Shown here piece by piece: positions 7,839-16,736 of a stretch of DNA of 43,959 nucleotides; within the stretch, counting starts at the first letter, position 1, and the number at the start of each line of letters is the position of its first letter. A program made the translations under genes and the position numbers. This stretch comes from a virus, in UHGV virus genome UHGV-1376934. One strand, written 5' to 3'. The notes under the pieces are model-generated. The model searched no databases and was not told the origin of the DNA. It saw only the letters and a program-made list of their open reading frames with translations.

Positions 7839-8813
7839 TTAATCCATAAGTTTACCAATTACTTTACCCATACATACAACATTATCTTCTTCATGAATGG
7901 GGATATTAGGATATTCACCATTCTGGGAGATAAGCTCATTTTTTCCAAGTTCTTTGATAAAAGCGCTTCCATTTACAACGAACACCCCGATATCTCCTAC
8001 TTGCATTTCCATATTCTGACTAACCAAAGCAATATCACCGTCAATAAAACTGGGTTCCATGCTGTCGCCATTTACATCAAGAGCAAAGTCTGCGCCGTGA
8101 TATTCGGGAATATCAGGCAGTTCTATTTCATCTTCCGCTTCATTGCCTAATATAAAAATACCGGTTCCGGCAGACACACCGCCGCGGTAGTAGGGGATAA
8201 CAAACAGGCCAGTATTATATTTAGGTTGAAACTCTATAATAGTTGAGCTTCCTATATTTTTTGCATTAGTATCTTGATATTCTGGTATCTTAGTTAGTAA
8301 GGTTACCTGCTCAAGAGCCTTATCTTGTCCAGCGCTGTTTAATAAGCCGAAACTGCCAAGCAGCTGTCTTACTCTTTCTCTTTCATATAAATCAGATATT
8401 TTACGATGAAGGCCATTGAAAGCTTTGGCTGCTCTTTCCGTCACTATAGGCAATTCTTCTTTGATAGCCTCATGTTCTTCTTTGGTTAAATCGTAATCAT
8501 TGTTCAATAATTTTTCTAATGCAGAGTTGAAGGGACAGTCATCGGGCGTTGTGGGAAAATTTAAAGAACGGCGCCCCATTGGAACATCATAGCCCATAAG
8601 CCAGGTTTCAGACACACCTAACGCCAGCGCTAACACTGTAAGTTTCTCCTGCCCGGGTGACACTTTTCCAGAAACATATTGAGATAAATCGTTTCTTCCT
8701 AATTTAACATCAAATTGTTTGCAAAAAGGTTCTGCACGTCTCAATATATCCGCTTGCCGTAACTCATATCGATTCATTGCCTCCTTTAATCTGTCGGCTG
8801 TTGTTGCTTTCAT
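7839..8813 (-). CDS. CI-like repressor: XRE-family HTH plus a C-terminal S24 (LexA-like) peptidase domain.
   Basis: HTH region QEKLTVLALALGVSETWL. S24 motif GDSMEPSFIDGDIALV with a downstream Lys (FIKELGK). RBS gagaggtg before ATG 8813. Divergent from cro. Confidence 0.8.
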   Translation of the reverse strand: MKATTADRLKEAMNRYELRQADILRRAEPFCKQFDVKLGRNDLSQYVSGKVSPGQEKLTVLALALGVSETWLMGYDVPMGRRSLNFPTTPDDCPFNSALEKLLNNDYDLTKEEHEAIKEELPIVTERAAKAFNGLHRKISDLYERERVRQLLGSFGLLNSAGQDKALEQVTLLTKIPEYQDTNAKNIGSSTIIEFQPKYNTGLFVIPYYRGGVSAGTGIFILGNEAEDEIELPDIPEYHGADFALDVNGDSMEPSFIDGDIALVSQNMEMQVGDIGVFVVNGSAFIKELGKNELISQNGEYPNIPIHEEDNVVCMGKVIGKLMD

Positions 8814-8849
8814 GATGCACCTCTCTTTCATATAGCATTGTATCATGAA

Positions 8850-8949
8850 TTGAACAAAAGTTCAAGATAAACATTCAAAATAGTTGAACATATCTATTGA
8901 CAAGAAAACACCATAATGTTAAGATAAGTGTGTTCAATTAAATTGAGCA
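8850..8949. promoter_or_regulatory. Genetic-switch region between cI and cro. It contains operator palindromes TTGAACAAAAGTTCAA (8850-8865), a half-site TTGAACA (8884-8890) and TGTTCAATTAAATTGAGCA (8931-8949). The rightward promoter is TTGACA-17-TAAGAT (8897-8925).
   Basis: Repeats and hexamers read directly. They lie in the divergent intergenic region between the repressor and the Cro-like gene. Confidence 0.6.
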
Positions 8950-8973
8950 AATGCAAAAGGAGGTGAAGCTTTT

Positions 8974-9198
8974 ATGACATATGATTACAGTAAATTAAAG
9001 GGAAGGATAGTCGAAAAGTTCGGAAAACAGCAATCCTTTGCCGTGGCAATGGGATGGTCTGAAAGAACGTGCTCTTTAAAGTTAAGTAATCAAGTTTTTT
9101 GGAAACAGCCGGAAATATCTTTGGCATCACAATTACTGGACATAGACAGGCAATACATACAAGATTATTTTTTTGTGCAGTGTGTTCAATGTAATTGA
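8974..9198 (+). CDS. Cro-like small HTH regulator, 74 aa.
   Basis: aaaaggaggtg RBS. Divergent from the CI-like gene. Motif VAMGWSERTCSLKLSN is HTH-like. Confidence 0.65.
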   Translation: MTYDYSKLKGRIVEKFGKQQSFAVAMGWSERTCSLKLSNQVFWKQPEISLASQLLDIDRQYIQDYFFVQCVQCN

Positions 9199-9201
9199 AC
9201 A
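9183..9201. promoter_or_regulatory. Perfect operator-like palindrome TGTTCAATGTAATTGAACA downstream of cro. The half-site is the same as in the switch region.
   Basis: 7-bp arms with a 5-nt spacer. The TTGAACA/TGTTCAA motif is shared with 8850-8949. Confidence 0.5.
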
Positions 9202-9220
9202 AAAAAGGAGGACACACAGA

Positions 9221-9559
9221 ATGACTGATTTAGAATATCGGTTAATTAAAGAAGCAGTAAAACAGGAAGTGCTTCAGGAAATGAAAAGCAGTGAGATGCG
9301 GAAAAGGGACTCTTTTCTTAAAGAGGTAAGGAAAAAACAGCATGTCATATTTGATGAGTATTTTCCTGGCCTATATCAGACAGATGCAGGAAGATATTGG
9401 CGGACAAAAGAGGCGATTACAAAACTCACCAATCTGTGCCGTTTTAGAATGAGTTACGGTAGCGCGTGGGATGCCTCAATTAATTCAGAGGTAGAAGCAG
9501 AAAGTGCCATTAACACATACACTGAAATCTGTGCGCTGGCAGCGAAACTGATTGGATGA
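9221..9559 (+). CDS. Hypothetical early protein, 112 aa.
   Basis: aaggagg RBS before ATG 9221. Confidence 0.55.
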   Translation: MTDLEYRLIKEAVKQEVLQEMKSSEMRKRDSFLKEVRKKQHVIFDEYFPGLYQTDAGRYWRTKEAITKLTNLCRFRMSYGSAWDASINSEVEAESAINTYTEICALAAKLIG

Positions 9560-9579
9560 CAAAGGAGGATATACATAAC

Positions 9580-10422
9580 ATGAACGAGATTAAAGTAACA
9601 GGAAAACAGGAGTTCATGGGATTGGTTATCCCGGTGGTACTCGGAGGATTTGGAGATAGAAAGAAGTGCATTTCGGATAAAACCATCGCTGAGATACATG
9701 GGATAACCAGTAGTGACGTAAGAAAGGCAGTGGGGAGGAACACATCCAGATTTCAAGAGGGGATTGATTTAATGGACTTAAAAAGCCCGTCACCATATGA
9801 CGACCTCTTGATTTCGCTAGGATATAGTAAGCAGCAGATAATTCAGGCCGAACACATCTATATATTATCGGAACGCGGTTATGCAAAGCTGATTAAGATT
9901 ATGGATACGGACCTTGCCTGGAAAGTTCACGATAAACTGATGGACGAGTATTTCGAGCTCCGGGACGAAAAAGTAAAGATGGATAACCTGTCCCCAGAGC
10001 TCCGCCTTCTTATCAACATGGAAATGGAACAGAAGCGACAGGCGGCAGTGCTGGCAGAAGTTAAGGAAGCCAACCAGAAAAATGCTGACCGGATAGAAAG
10101 CATCCGGGACGTAGTATCACTGGACACCACATCGTGGCGGGATGATACACGGAACCTCATTAATAAGATAGCCCAGGAGTTGGGGGGCGGAACAGCTTTT
10201 CAGCAGGTACGGGCAGAAAGTTACGAGCTCTTGGAAAAGCGGATGGGTGTGAGCTTGAAACAGCGCCTTACCAATAAACGCAGACGCATGGCAGACGAGG
10301 GTGTGTGTAAATCCAAGAGGGACAGGTTATCACAGGCGGACATCATAGCGGAGGATAAGAAACTGATTGAGGGTTATACCGCGATTGTAAAAGAAATGGC
10401 CATCAAATACGGGGTAGCGTAG
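9580..10422 (+). CDS. ORF6N-domain antirepressor-like protein, 280 aa.
   Basis: N-terminal segment ...DKTIAEIHGITSSDVRKAVGRNTSRFQEGIDL resembles the ORF6N RN..RF.EG motif. aaaggagg RBS. Confidence 0.5.
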   Translation: MNEIKVTGKQEFMGLVIPVVLGGFGDRKKCISDKTIAEIHGITSSDVRKAVGRNTSRFQEGIDLMDLKSPSPYDDLLISLGYSKQQIIQAEHIYILSERGYAKLIKIMDTDLAWKVHDKLMDEYFELRDEKVKMDNLSPELRLLINMEMEQKRQAAVLAEVKEANQKNADRIESIRDVVSLDTTSWRDDTRNLINKIAQELGGGTAFQQVRAESYELLEKRMGVSLKQRLTNKRRRMADEGVCKSKRDRLSQADIIAEDKKLIEGYTAIVKEMAIKYGVA

Positions 10423-10424
10423 GA

Positions 10425-10610
10425 ATGGAGGTACATATCAACACGACATGCAAGACATGCCGGCATAGCCAGTGCCCGGAACGGACACGGTGGTATCCGT
10501 GTAAGGACTGTGAGAGGAAGGAAACAAGTACAACCGGTACCGCATACAATCTACCAGAGAGGGGTGGTGATAGTGCAAAAATTACAGGTGTTCAATTTCA
10601 TAGAAATTGA
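10425..10610 (+). CDS. Small Cys-rich (zinc-ribbon-like) protein, 61 aa.
   Basis: CKTCRHSQCPE...CKDCERKE gives two CxxC pairs. Confidence 0.35.
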   Translation: MEVHINTTCKTCRHSQCPERTRWYPCKDCERKETSTTGTAYNLPERGGDSAKITGVQFHRN

Positions 10611-10725
10611 TGGCCAGGATGTTCCAATAGAATCGCTGACGGACGAAGAAAAACGACGCATTGCCTATGCGTTGCAGGACAACTTGATGATACCGCTGGG
10701 ATTCAGGCGGAAGAAGACCGCCTAA
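10573..10725 (+). CDS. Small hypothetical protein, about 50 aa, GTG start.
   Basis: gaggggtggtg SD-like sequence before GTG. The coding-looking C-terminus is DEEKRRIAYALQDNLMIPLGF. Confidence 0.3.
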   Translation: MQKLQVFNFIEIDGQDVPIESLTDEEKRRIAYALQDNLMIPLGFRRKKTA

Positions 10726-10768
10726 GGGCGGTCAGAGTGGACAAGCATATGAAAGGAGGGACAAGTCA

Positions 10769-10945
10769 TTGAGAGCTAAGACATTCGCAGAACACCGTAT
10801 CCGACAGTACCTGGATGTGGTTTACCCAGGGCTGGATGGGCACATGGAAACTGTCAACGCGCATGAGGTCATAGTCACTGACATCAATGGTGACAAAATC
10901 CGTGTGGCGTATGACAGAGGGGAGGTGTATGAAGTTGAGATGTAG
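10769..10945 (+). CDS. Small hypothetical protein, 58 aa, TTG start. It is antisense to a longer, low-complexity minus-strand ORF.
   Basis: Strong RBS aaaggaggg 8 nt upstream of TTG. Reading frame LRAKTFAEHRIRQYLDVVYPGLDGHMETVNAHEVIVTDINGDKIRVAYDRGEVYEVEM. Confidence 0.3.
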   Translation: MRAKTFAEHRIRQYLDVVYPGLDGHMETVNAHEVIVTDINGDKIRVAYDRGEVYEVEM

Positions 10946-11069
10946 CGATGACAGGGACGAGCATCCTTTAATGACGGCAACGAGATGGATTATCATAGCA
11001 TCTTTTTGGATGTTCGGAATGGTGGGTGCAGCAACGGCAGTTATGGCGCTGGCCATGGGCGTACTGTAA
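10929..11069 (+). CDS. Small membrane protein, 46 aa.
   Basis: gaggggagg before ATG. Hydrophobic C-terminus WIIIASFWMFGMVGAATAVMALAMGVL. Confidence 0.3.
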   Translation: MKLRCSDDRDEHPLMTATRWIIIASFWMFGMVGAATAVMALAMGVL

Positions 11070-11081
11070 GAGGAGGCAGCC

Positions 11082-11216
11082 ATGGAGTCAGTGACATGCC
11101 GGAGCTGCCGGTACCGGAACCGATGTATGGAGTACAGCCGGATGATTCCGTGCCGGTCGTACAAAAAATGGACCCCAGACGGGTGGAGCCGTCCGAAGTC
11201 CAGGCAATTAAAATAA
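11082..11216 (+). CDS. Small Cys-rich protein, 44 aa.
   Basis: aagaggagg RBS 5 nt before ATG. Sequence MESVTCRSCRYRNRCMEYSRMIPC... Confidence 0.3.
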   Translation: MESVTCRSCRYRNRCMEYSRMIPCRSYKKWTPDGWSRPKSRQLK

Positions 11217-11239
11217 TCACACCCTTATCATAAGGGATT

Positions 11240-11611
11240 ATGGAGGAAAAATCAATGACTAAAGGAATAATACAGACAGAATTCGATGGAGCGTTAGTCC
11301 GCACGACAGAGATTGAGGAGAGCGATGTTGTCTTTGTGGTAGCCGCCAAGAGGGGAGGGGAATCCCTCACTGATTCGGACTGGACAGTACAGAACATTGC
11401 CCGGATTGATGGCGCGAACAGGAAGGAGCTTATCGAACTTCTGGTGGGCTTCATTAAGGAAATCCTAACCAACATATGCGACGGGAAACCAACGGAATCA
11501 GCAGATGCCATGAAACTGTTCCTTAGACGCTTGGATAGCCAGACGGATAAGTATATACTGGAACACTTCCACGAGATTATGGCTGGGAAGGAGTCTGGCC
11601 ATGGAAGATAG
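11240..11611 (+). CDS. Hypothetical early protein, 123 aa.
   Basis: tggaggaaaa RBS. Clean ORF on the early coding strand. Confidence 0.55.
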   Translation: MEEKSMTKGIIQTEFDGALVRTTEIEESDVVFVVAAKRGGESLTDSDWTVQNIARIDGANRKELIELLVGFIKEILTNICDGKPTESADAMKLFLRRLDSQTDKYILEHFHEIMAGKESGHGR

Positions 11612-11753
11612 GTATCGCCGTATGTGGCTCCTCTACCGGGAACGGATGGCCCGCCGGGCAGGCGAGGCAGCCAGTACAGAGAAAAAGGAGATGTATGATT
11701 GGGTGCTGGAGGAGACAGCACTGATAGAAGCGGAGGTGTTCCTGGAGGAATGA
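11601..11753 (+). CDS. Small hypothetical protein, 50 aa.
   Basis: Overlaps the end of the upstream gene and the start of the downstream gene (translational coupling pattern). Confidence 0.3.
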   Translation: MEDRYRRMWLLYRERMARRAGEAASTEKKEMYDWVLEETALIEAEVFLEE

Positions 11754-11911
11754 AACAGATATTGATTGACCGGACGGAACTGCTGGGAAGGATAATTGCG
11801 ATTGAATCCGGATGCCTGGACGTGAAGTCACGTTCCGTAATCCAGCAGATTAAGGAAACCATCCTGCGTCTGCCAACAAAGGAACAGAAAGGGGATGCAG
11901 ACCATGGATGA
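11750..11911 (+). CDS. Small hypothetical protein, 53 aa.
   Basis: ctggagga before ATG 11750. ATGA-type overlap with the upstream gene. Confidence 0.35.
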   Translation: MKQILIDRTELLGRIIAIESGCLDVKSRSVIQQIKETILRLPTKEQKGDADHG

Positions 11912-12101
11912 TGGGAAGATACATATCCCGGCCAGAAAAAGGCAGCCGGTCCAGGATGGGCAGCCTGTGGTCAAGCTCACACAGGAGGCATACAATGCTC
12001 TGGTTGAGATATATAACGAGAGCCAGCTGTCCATGAAGCAGATAGCAAGCCTCATCATCATGCAGAGCCTGGACCGCATCGTGTATGACAAGGAGGGTTA
12101 A
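11895..12101 (+). CDS. Hypothetical protein, 68 aa.
   Basis: ORF on the coding strand immediately preceding Erf. Confidence 0.45.
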   Translation: MQTMDDGKIHIPARKRQPVQDGQPVVKLTQEAYNALVEIYNESQLSMKQIASLIIMQSLDRIVYDKEG

Positions 12102-12103
12102 CC

Positions 12104-12838
12104 ATGAACGTATATGAGAAACTACAGCATGTCCAGTCCGGTCTGAAAGCTCCGAAGAACCAGTACAACAAGTTCGGGAACTACCATTACAGGAACTGTG
12201 AGGACATCCAGGAGGCGGCCAAGCCCCTCCTGCAGGAGGTCAAGGCAGCGCTGGTGGTCGGAGACGAACTGGTCATGATAGGAGAACGGTATTACATCAG
12301 GGCCACGGCCCGGTTCGTGGATTGTGAATCCGGCGAGACAGTGGAGAACACGGCCTATGCAAGGGAGGAACAGGAAAAGAAGGGCATGGATGTGTCACAG
12401 GTGACAGGGAGCACCAGCAGTTATGCCAGGAAATATGCATTAAATGGTCTGTTCTGCATTGACGACGTGAAGGATGCGGACAACCAGGACAATACTGCCG
12501 GTAAGGCCCAGGCAGCCGGAAAGGGAACCAGGGATAATACGAAGCCAGCCGGGAAGACGAAGGCAGGTAAGGGAACGGATGTAGGAGCGGGGCAGACAAC
12601 AGCTCCGGCAGAAGAGGGAGATAAGGCAGCACCAACAGGGGCAGGGATGGTCACCAAGGCCATGATTGCGTCCATCACGTCCCTGATAGAAAAGTACAGC
12701 TCCAAAGGGCTTAAGATGGAGAAAATTCTTAAGATGTACCAGATTAAAGATATCGTGGAGATGACCGTGGACCAGTACAGGGACTGTATGGACAAGCTCA
12801 AATTGTACGAGAAGGCAGATAAGGAGGGGGCAGCGTGA
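12104..12838 (+). CDS. ERF-family single-strand annealing protein (recombinase).
   Basis: N-terminal signature LKAPKNQYNKFGNYHYRNCEDIQEAAKPLL resembles the ERF family. Followed by an unstructured Gly/Ala/Lys-rich tail. Immediately upstream of ssb. Confidence 0.65.
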   Translation: MNVYEKLQHVQSGLKAPKNQYNKFGNYHYRNCEDIQEAAKPLLQEVKAALVVGDELVMIGERYYIRATARFVDCESGETVENTAYAREEQEKKGMDVSQVTGSTSSYARKYALNGLFCIDDVKDADNQDNTAGKAQAAGKGTRDNTKPAGKTKAGKGTDVGAGQTTAPAEEGDKAAPTGAGMVTKAMIASITSLIEKYSSKGLKMEKILKMYQIKDIVEMTVDQYRDCMDKLKLYEKADKEGAA

Positions 12839-13263
12839 ACAGTGTGCAGTTAGTAGGAAGGCTGACCAGGGACCCGGAAGTGAGGTATTCAGATGGAGGC
12901 TCCACCGTGGCCAAATTTACCCTGGCAGTAGACCGGCGGTTTAAGAAAGATGGCGGAGATGATGCGGATTTTATTTCTTGTGTTGCGTTCGGAAAGACGG
13001 CCGAATTCCTGGAAAAATGGTTCCGGAAGGGACAGCGCCTGGGATTGACCGGCCGCATCCAGACCGGTTCCTATGTTAACCAGGAGGGGACCAAGGTCTA
13101 TACCACCAATGTAGTAGTGGAAAATGTGGAGTTTGTGGATAGTAAGGGGGCATCTGCAGAAAATGACGGACCGCAGCAGCATCCTACGCCTACAAGTGCC
13201 ATTGGTGATGGCTTCATGAACATCCCGGATGGAGTGGAGGATGATGGTCTGCCCTTTAATTGA
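12835..13263 (+). CDS. ssb: Single-stranded DNA-binding protein (SSB).
   Basis: OB-fold N-terminus NSVQLVGRLTRDPEVRYSDGGSTVAKFTLAVDRRF. The acidic C-terminal tail ends DDGLPFN (SSB tip motif). Confidence 0.85.
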   Translation: MNSVQLVGRLTRDPEVRYSDGGSTVAKFTLAVDRRFKKDGGDDADFISCVAFGKTAEFLEKWFRKGQRLGLTGRIQTGSYVNQEGTKVYTTNVVVENVEFVDSKGASAENDGPQQHPTPTSAIGDGFMNIPDGVEDDGLPFN

Positions 13264-13787
13264 CCAGAGGTGATTACTTGAACATACAGATTGACAGCCG
13301 AGAGAAGGCCCGCGCCATCCAGAAGATTGTGGCGGAGTTTGACCGCCAGGGCGTGGACCATTTCGTATCAAAATTATATGTCGGGGATTATATGAACTAT
13401 GATAATCCCCGTTTGATTATAGACAGGAAACAGAACCTGACGGAGCTCTGCAGCAATGTCTGCCAGGGACATAACCGTTTCCGGGATGAGATGCTGAGGG
13501 CCCAGGAGCACGGAATCAGCATGATTATCCTGTGCGAGCATGGCAAGGGGGTGGAGTGTCTGGAGGACGTAATCTGGTGGGATAACCCGCGCCGGCATAA
13601 ACGCTTCCAGGACCAAAAGACAGGACGGTGGATAGAAAGGGAGACCAATGCGACCACTGGGGATAAACTGTATAAGATTCTGTGTACCTTCCAGCGCAAG
13701 TATGGATGCCGGTTCCTGTTCTGCGAAAAGAAGGATACCGGTAAACGGATAATTGAGCTGCTGGGCGGTGATGGCCATGACCAGTGA
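13260..13787 (+). CDS. ERCC4-type (XPF/Mus81-like) nuclease-domain protein.
   Basis: Motifs IQIDSREK ... YVGDY ... IDRKQNLTEL resemble the ERCC4 nuclease core. Located in the replication/recombination module. Confidence 0.5.
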   Translation: MTRGDYLNIQIDSREKARAIQKIVAEFDRQGVDHFVSKLYVGDYMNYDNPRLIIDRKQNLTELCSNVCQGHNRFRDEMLRAQEHGISMIILCEHGKGVECLEDVIWWDNPRRHKRFQDQKTGRWIERETNATTGDKLYKILCTFQRKYGCRFLFCEKKDTGKRIIELLGGDGHDQ

Positions 13788-14268
13788 GGAGATTAAGGCA
13801 GCCTACAGCATGAGGGATGTGGTGGAACGGTATGGTTTCCAGCCAAACCGCGCCGGTTTCATCCATTGCCCATTCCACGGCGGTGACCGGGAGCCATCCT
13901 TAAAGGTGTATGACCGTGACTTTCATTGCCATGCCTGCGGCGCCCATGGTGACATCTTTGATTTTATCATAATGATGGATGAGGTCTCCTTCAAGGAGGC
14001 ATTCATGAGCCTTGGCGGGGAATATCAGAAGCCTACATTTTCCAGCCGGCTGGCGGTTTACCGGGCGCAGAAACAGCGCGCGATGCGCCAGAAGGAGGCG
14101 GAGCGAGAGCGGGAGAAGCGCAGGCTGAACAATATGCTTATAAGTATCTACAGGGCCTATATGGAGCGCTCTGAGCCCCTGAGTGATGTCTGGTGTGATT
14201 GTTATAACGCCCTGCAGTACCAGCTCTATGTACAGGCAGGATTATGCGGATTGGAAGCGAGGTGGTAG
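13777..14268 (+). CDS. CHC2 zinc-finger (DnaG-primase-type Zn-binding) protein.
   Basis: CPFHGGDREPSLKVY...FHCHACGAHGDIFDF is the CHC2 signature. The ORF track shows alternative upstream starts at 13753 and 13771. Confidence 0.6.
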   Translation: MTSEEIKAAYSMRDVVERYGFQPNRAGFIHCPFHGGDREPSLKVYDRDFHCHACGAHGDIFDFIIMMDEVSFKEAFMSLGGEYQKPTFSSRLAVYRAQKQRAMRQKEAEREREKRRLNNMLISIYRAYMERSEPLSDVWCDCYNALQYQLYVQAGLCGLEARW

Positions 14269-14269
14269 C

Positions 14270-16150
14270 ATGGTGCCGTTGAAGGAGCTGACGGCCGAGA
14301 CAGTATTGTCGGATGATGTGCTGACAGAGGTATTTGACCAGGAGGACGAGCTGTACAAGTCAAGGCTGCTGCTGTCGCTGGAGGACCGGGCCGGGGAGCT
14401 GGGGGTAAAGAAGAAGTTCCAGGAACTGGTCAAGGCCTATAAACGTGTGGAGCGGGAGATGCGGCGCCGGGAACGGGATAAGAAAAGCCAGCCCTGCACG
14501 CTGGAGCAATGGACCAATTTTGAAGGACCCTATAACCGGATGCAGTGCAAGGAGTGGATTGCCGGCGAGGGAGGTATATTCCTCCAGAATCCCACCACGG
14601 GATATACGGACATCCTGGCCTGCTACCATCCCATTCTGCCAGTGGAACGCCTGCGTAACCTGGAGACCGGTGAGGAGCAGATAAAACTGGCCTACAAGAG
14701 GAATGGCCGTTGGGATGAACTCATCGTGCCCAAAACAATGGTGACATCCGCCAACAAGATTGTGAGCCTGTCCGGACGGGGGATTGCAGTCACCAGCGAG
14801 AATGCAAAATATCTGGTACGTTATCTGGCCGATGTAGAAAACGCGAATGAGGAACATATCGCGGTGCAGTATTCCACATCGAAACTGGGTTGGGTCAGAG
14901 GAGGATTCCTGCCTTACGACACGGACATTGTGTTTGATGGGGATGTGCGGTTCCGCCAGATAGCGGAGAGTATAGGGCCTTCCGGCAACCGGAATAAGTG
15001 GTACGAGCATGTAGTGCAACTGCGCAGTCGGGGGAGGATGGAAGTTAAATTTATGTTGGCAGCATCGTTTTCCAGTGTGTTGGTGCAGCCCCTGGGAGGA
15101 TTGCCATACTTTGTGGACCTCTGGGGCGAAACGGAAGGAGGAAAGACTGTGGACCTGATGCTGGCGGCATCTGTATGGGCAGACCCGGATGAAAGCGCCT
15201 ATATCAAAGACTACAAGGGAACAGAGGTTGGCCTGGAGGCCATCTGTGACCTGCTGAATAACCTTCCCCTTATCCTGGATGATTCCAGCAAGAAGAACCG
15301 GAAGATAGAGGATAATTTCGAAGGTCTGGTCTATGACCTGTGTTCGGGGAAGGGGAAGACACGTTCCAATAAGGAACTGGGATTAAACCGGGAAAACCAC
15401 TGGAAGAACTGTATTCTGACCAATGGGGAACGGCCTTTAAGCTCTTATGTGACCCAGGGAGGCGCCATCAACCGCATCCTGGAGATTGAATGCGGTGAGC
15501 GTGTGTTTGAGGACCCGGGGTACACTGCAGAACTGGTAAAGCATAATTATGGCTATGCAGGACAGGAATTTGTGGATGTCGTTAAGAACATTGGCGTGGA
15601 CTGTATCCGAGAAATACAGCAGGGTTTCCTGCGACAGCTGGCAGATGATGAAAAGATGCAGAAGCAAAGCCTGTCCCTGTCCATCGTTCTGACAGCTGAC
15701 AAACTGGCAACGGATTATCTATTTAAGGATGCCCATTACATAAGCCTGGATGAGGCCAGGGAGGTCCTGATAGACCGCAATGAACTTTCTGATAATGAGA
15801 GATGTTACCAATTCGTCCTGGACAAGGTGGCCATGAATCCGGCCAGGTTTGATAACAAGGTGGAGAACGTGGAAAAGTGGGGCACGATTGAGAATGGATA
15901 TGCCATCATCTACACCACGGCTTTTACGGCGCTATGCAAGGAAGGCGGCTTTTCGCGTACATCGTTCTTGTCTTGGGCGAACAGGAAAGGCGTCATCCAA
16001 GTGGAAGGGAACGGAAAACGGATGGATAAGGTGAAGAGCTTCAACGGAAATAAAATCCGGTGTATCTTCCTGAAACTGAACGATAACACGGATAAGGATG
16101 GATTTGTGAAGGTGGACGATGATAGTCAGGAACGGCTTCCATTCAACTGA
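14270..16150 (+). CDS. Primase-helicase-type P-loop NTPase (DUF927/VirE, P4-alpha-C-terminus-like replication protein).
   Basis: Walker A GETEGGKT. Large ORF after the CHC2 zinc-finger gene. gaggtgg RBS before ATG 14270. Confidence 0.65.
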   Translation: MVPLKELTAETVLSDDVLTEVFDQEDELYKSRLLLSLEDRAGELGVKKKFQELVKAYKRVEREMRRRERDKKSQPCTLEQWTNFEGPYNRMQCKEWIAGEGGIFLQNPTTGYTDILACYHPILPVERLRNLETGEEQIKLAYKRNGRWDELIVPKTMVTSANKIVSLSGRGIAVTSENAKYLVRYLADVENANEEHIAVQYSTSKLGWVRGGFLPYDTDIVFDGDVRFRQIAESIGPSGNRNKWYEHVVQLRSRGRMEVKFMLAASFSSVLVQPLGGLPYFVDLWGETEGGKTVDLMLAASVWADPDESAYIKDYKGTEVGLEAICDLLNNLPLILDDSSKKNRKIEDNFEGLVYDLCSGKGKTRSNKELGLNRENHWKNCILTNGERPLSSYVTQGGAINRILEIECGERVFEDPGYTAELVKHNYGYAGQEFVDVVKNIGVDCIREIQQGFLRQLADDEKMQKQSLSLSIVLTADKLATDYLFKDAHYISLDEAREVLIDRNELSDNERCYQFVLDKVAMNPARFDNKVENVEKWGTIENGYAIIYTTAFTALCKEGGFSRTSFLSWANRKGVIQVEGNGKRMDKVKSFNGNKIRCIFLKLNDNTDKDGFVKVDDDSQERLPFN

Positions 16151-16440
16151 TGGGAACCATAGAGTAACCAAGACATGGTTACCGCAAAAAGCTAGGTTCT
16201 ATGCGGGTTTGCAGACTTATTTAAGGGGAGTAACCAAGGAACCACTAAAAACACGCACCTATATACAGAAAAAAATATTTTATGTACATGTTGATATAAA
16301 AAATGCCTCGCGCGTAAGGAAACCTAAAAAATATGGTTACTTTGGTTACCGTAGTCCATAAAGCCTTATTCTATGAGGGTTTGAGCGGTATCCAGTGAGG
16401 CGAAACAGATGGTTACGGGAACCATAAAAAAGGTTACTCA
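16150..16440. repeat. Iteron-rich non-coding region. Candidate phage origin of replication.
   Basis: Multiple GGTTAC/GTAACC units (16165, 16177, 16231, 16335, 16344, 16411, 16432). GGGAACCAT occurs twice. TTCTATG(C/A)GGGTTTG occurs twice (16196, 16368). Central AT-rich stretch at 16261-16300. Directly downstream of the primase-helicase gene. Confidence 0.5.
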
Positions 16441-16451
16441 GGGTGAATTGT

Positions 16452-16736
16452 ATGACAAATAAGGAAATATCAAGCATATTTAATGAAACTTACAATCAAT
16501 TTTGGATGAAGTGGCGTGATAACGTTCCATCAAGGGGCTCAATGGAGTGGGATATCCTGCAGGGCGAAGCCTATATCATCAAGCTGAGGCATGGCACACG
16601 CCTGGTCAGAAAGTGGGAAGGCCCTGTCCCAACCATGGAGGAGGAACCGGTGGCGGCGCCGATTGTCAACTGGTTCATGGATGAGCTGGAGGACAGGGAA
16701 CGGGAGAAATATGGGAAGGAGCGTCATGGCGATTAA
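16452..16736 (+). CDS. Hypothetical protein, 94 aa.
   Basis: gggtga SD-like sequence before ATG 16452. Confidence 0.45.
   Translation: MTNKEISSIFNETYNQFWMKWRDNVPSRGSMEWDILQGEAYIIKLRHGTRLVRKWEGPVPTMEEEPVAAPIVNWFMDELEDREREKYGKERHGD

Noticed and set aside
10766-11164. 132-aa minus-strand ORF in the early region.
   Set aside because: Low-complexity protein on the strand opposite to all neighbouring genes. The plus strand has three small ORFs with strong Shine-Dalgarno sequences covering the same DNA.
16119-16361. 80-aa ORF inside the iteron region.
   Set aside because: No RBS and odd composition. It is built from the iteron repeats and the AT-rich element. The region is better explained as a non-coding origin.
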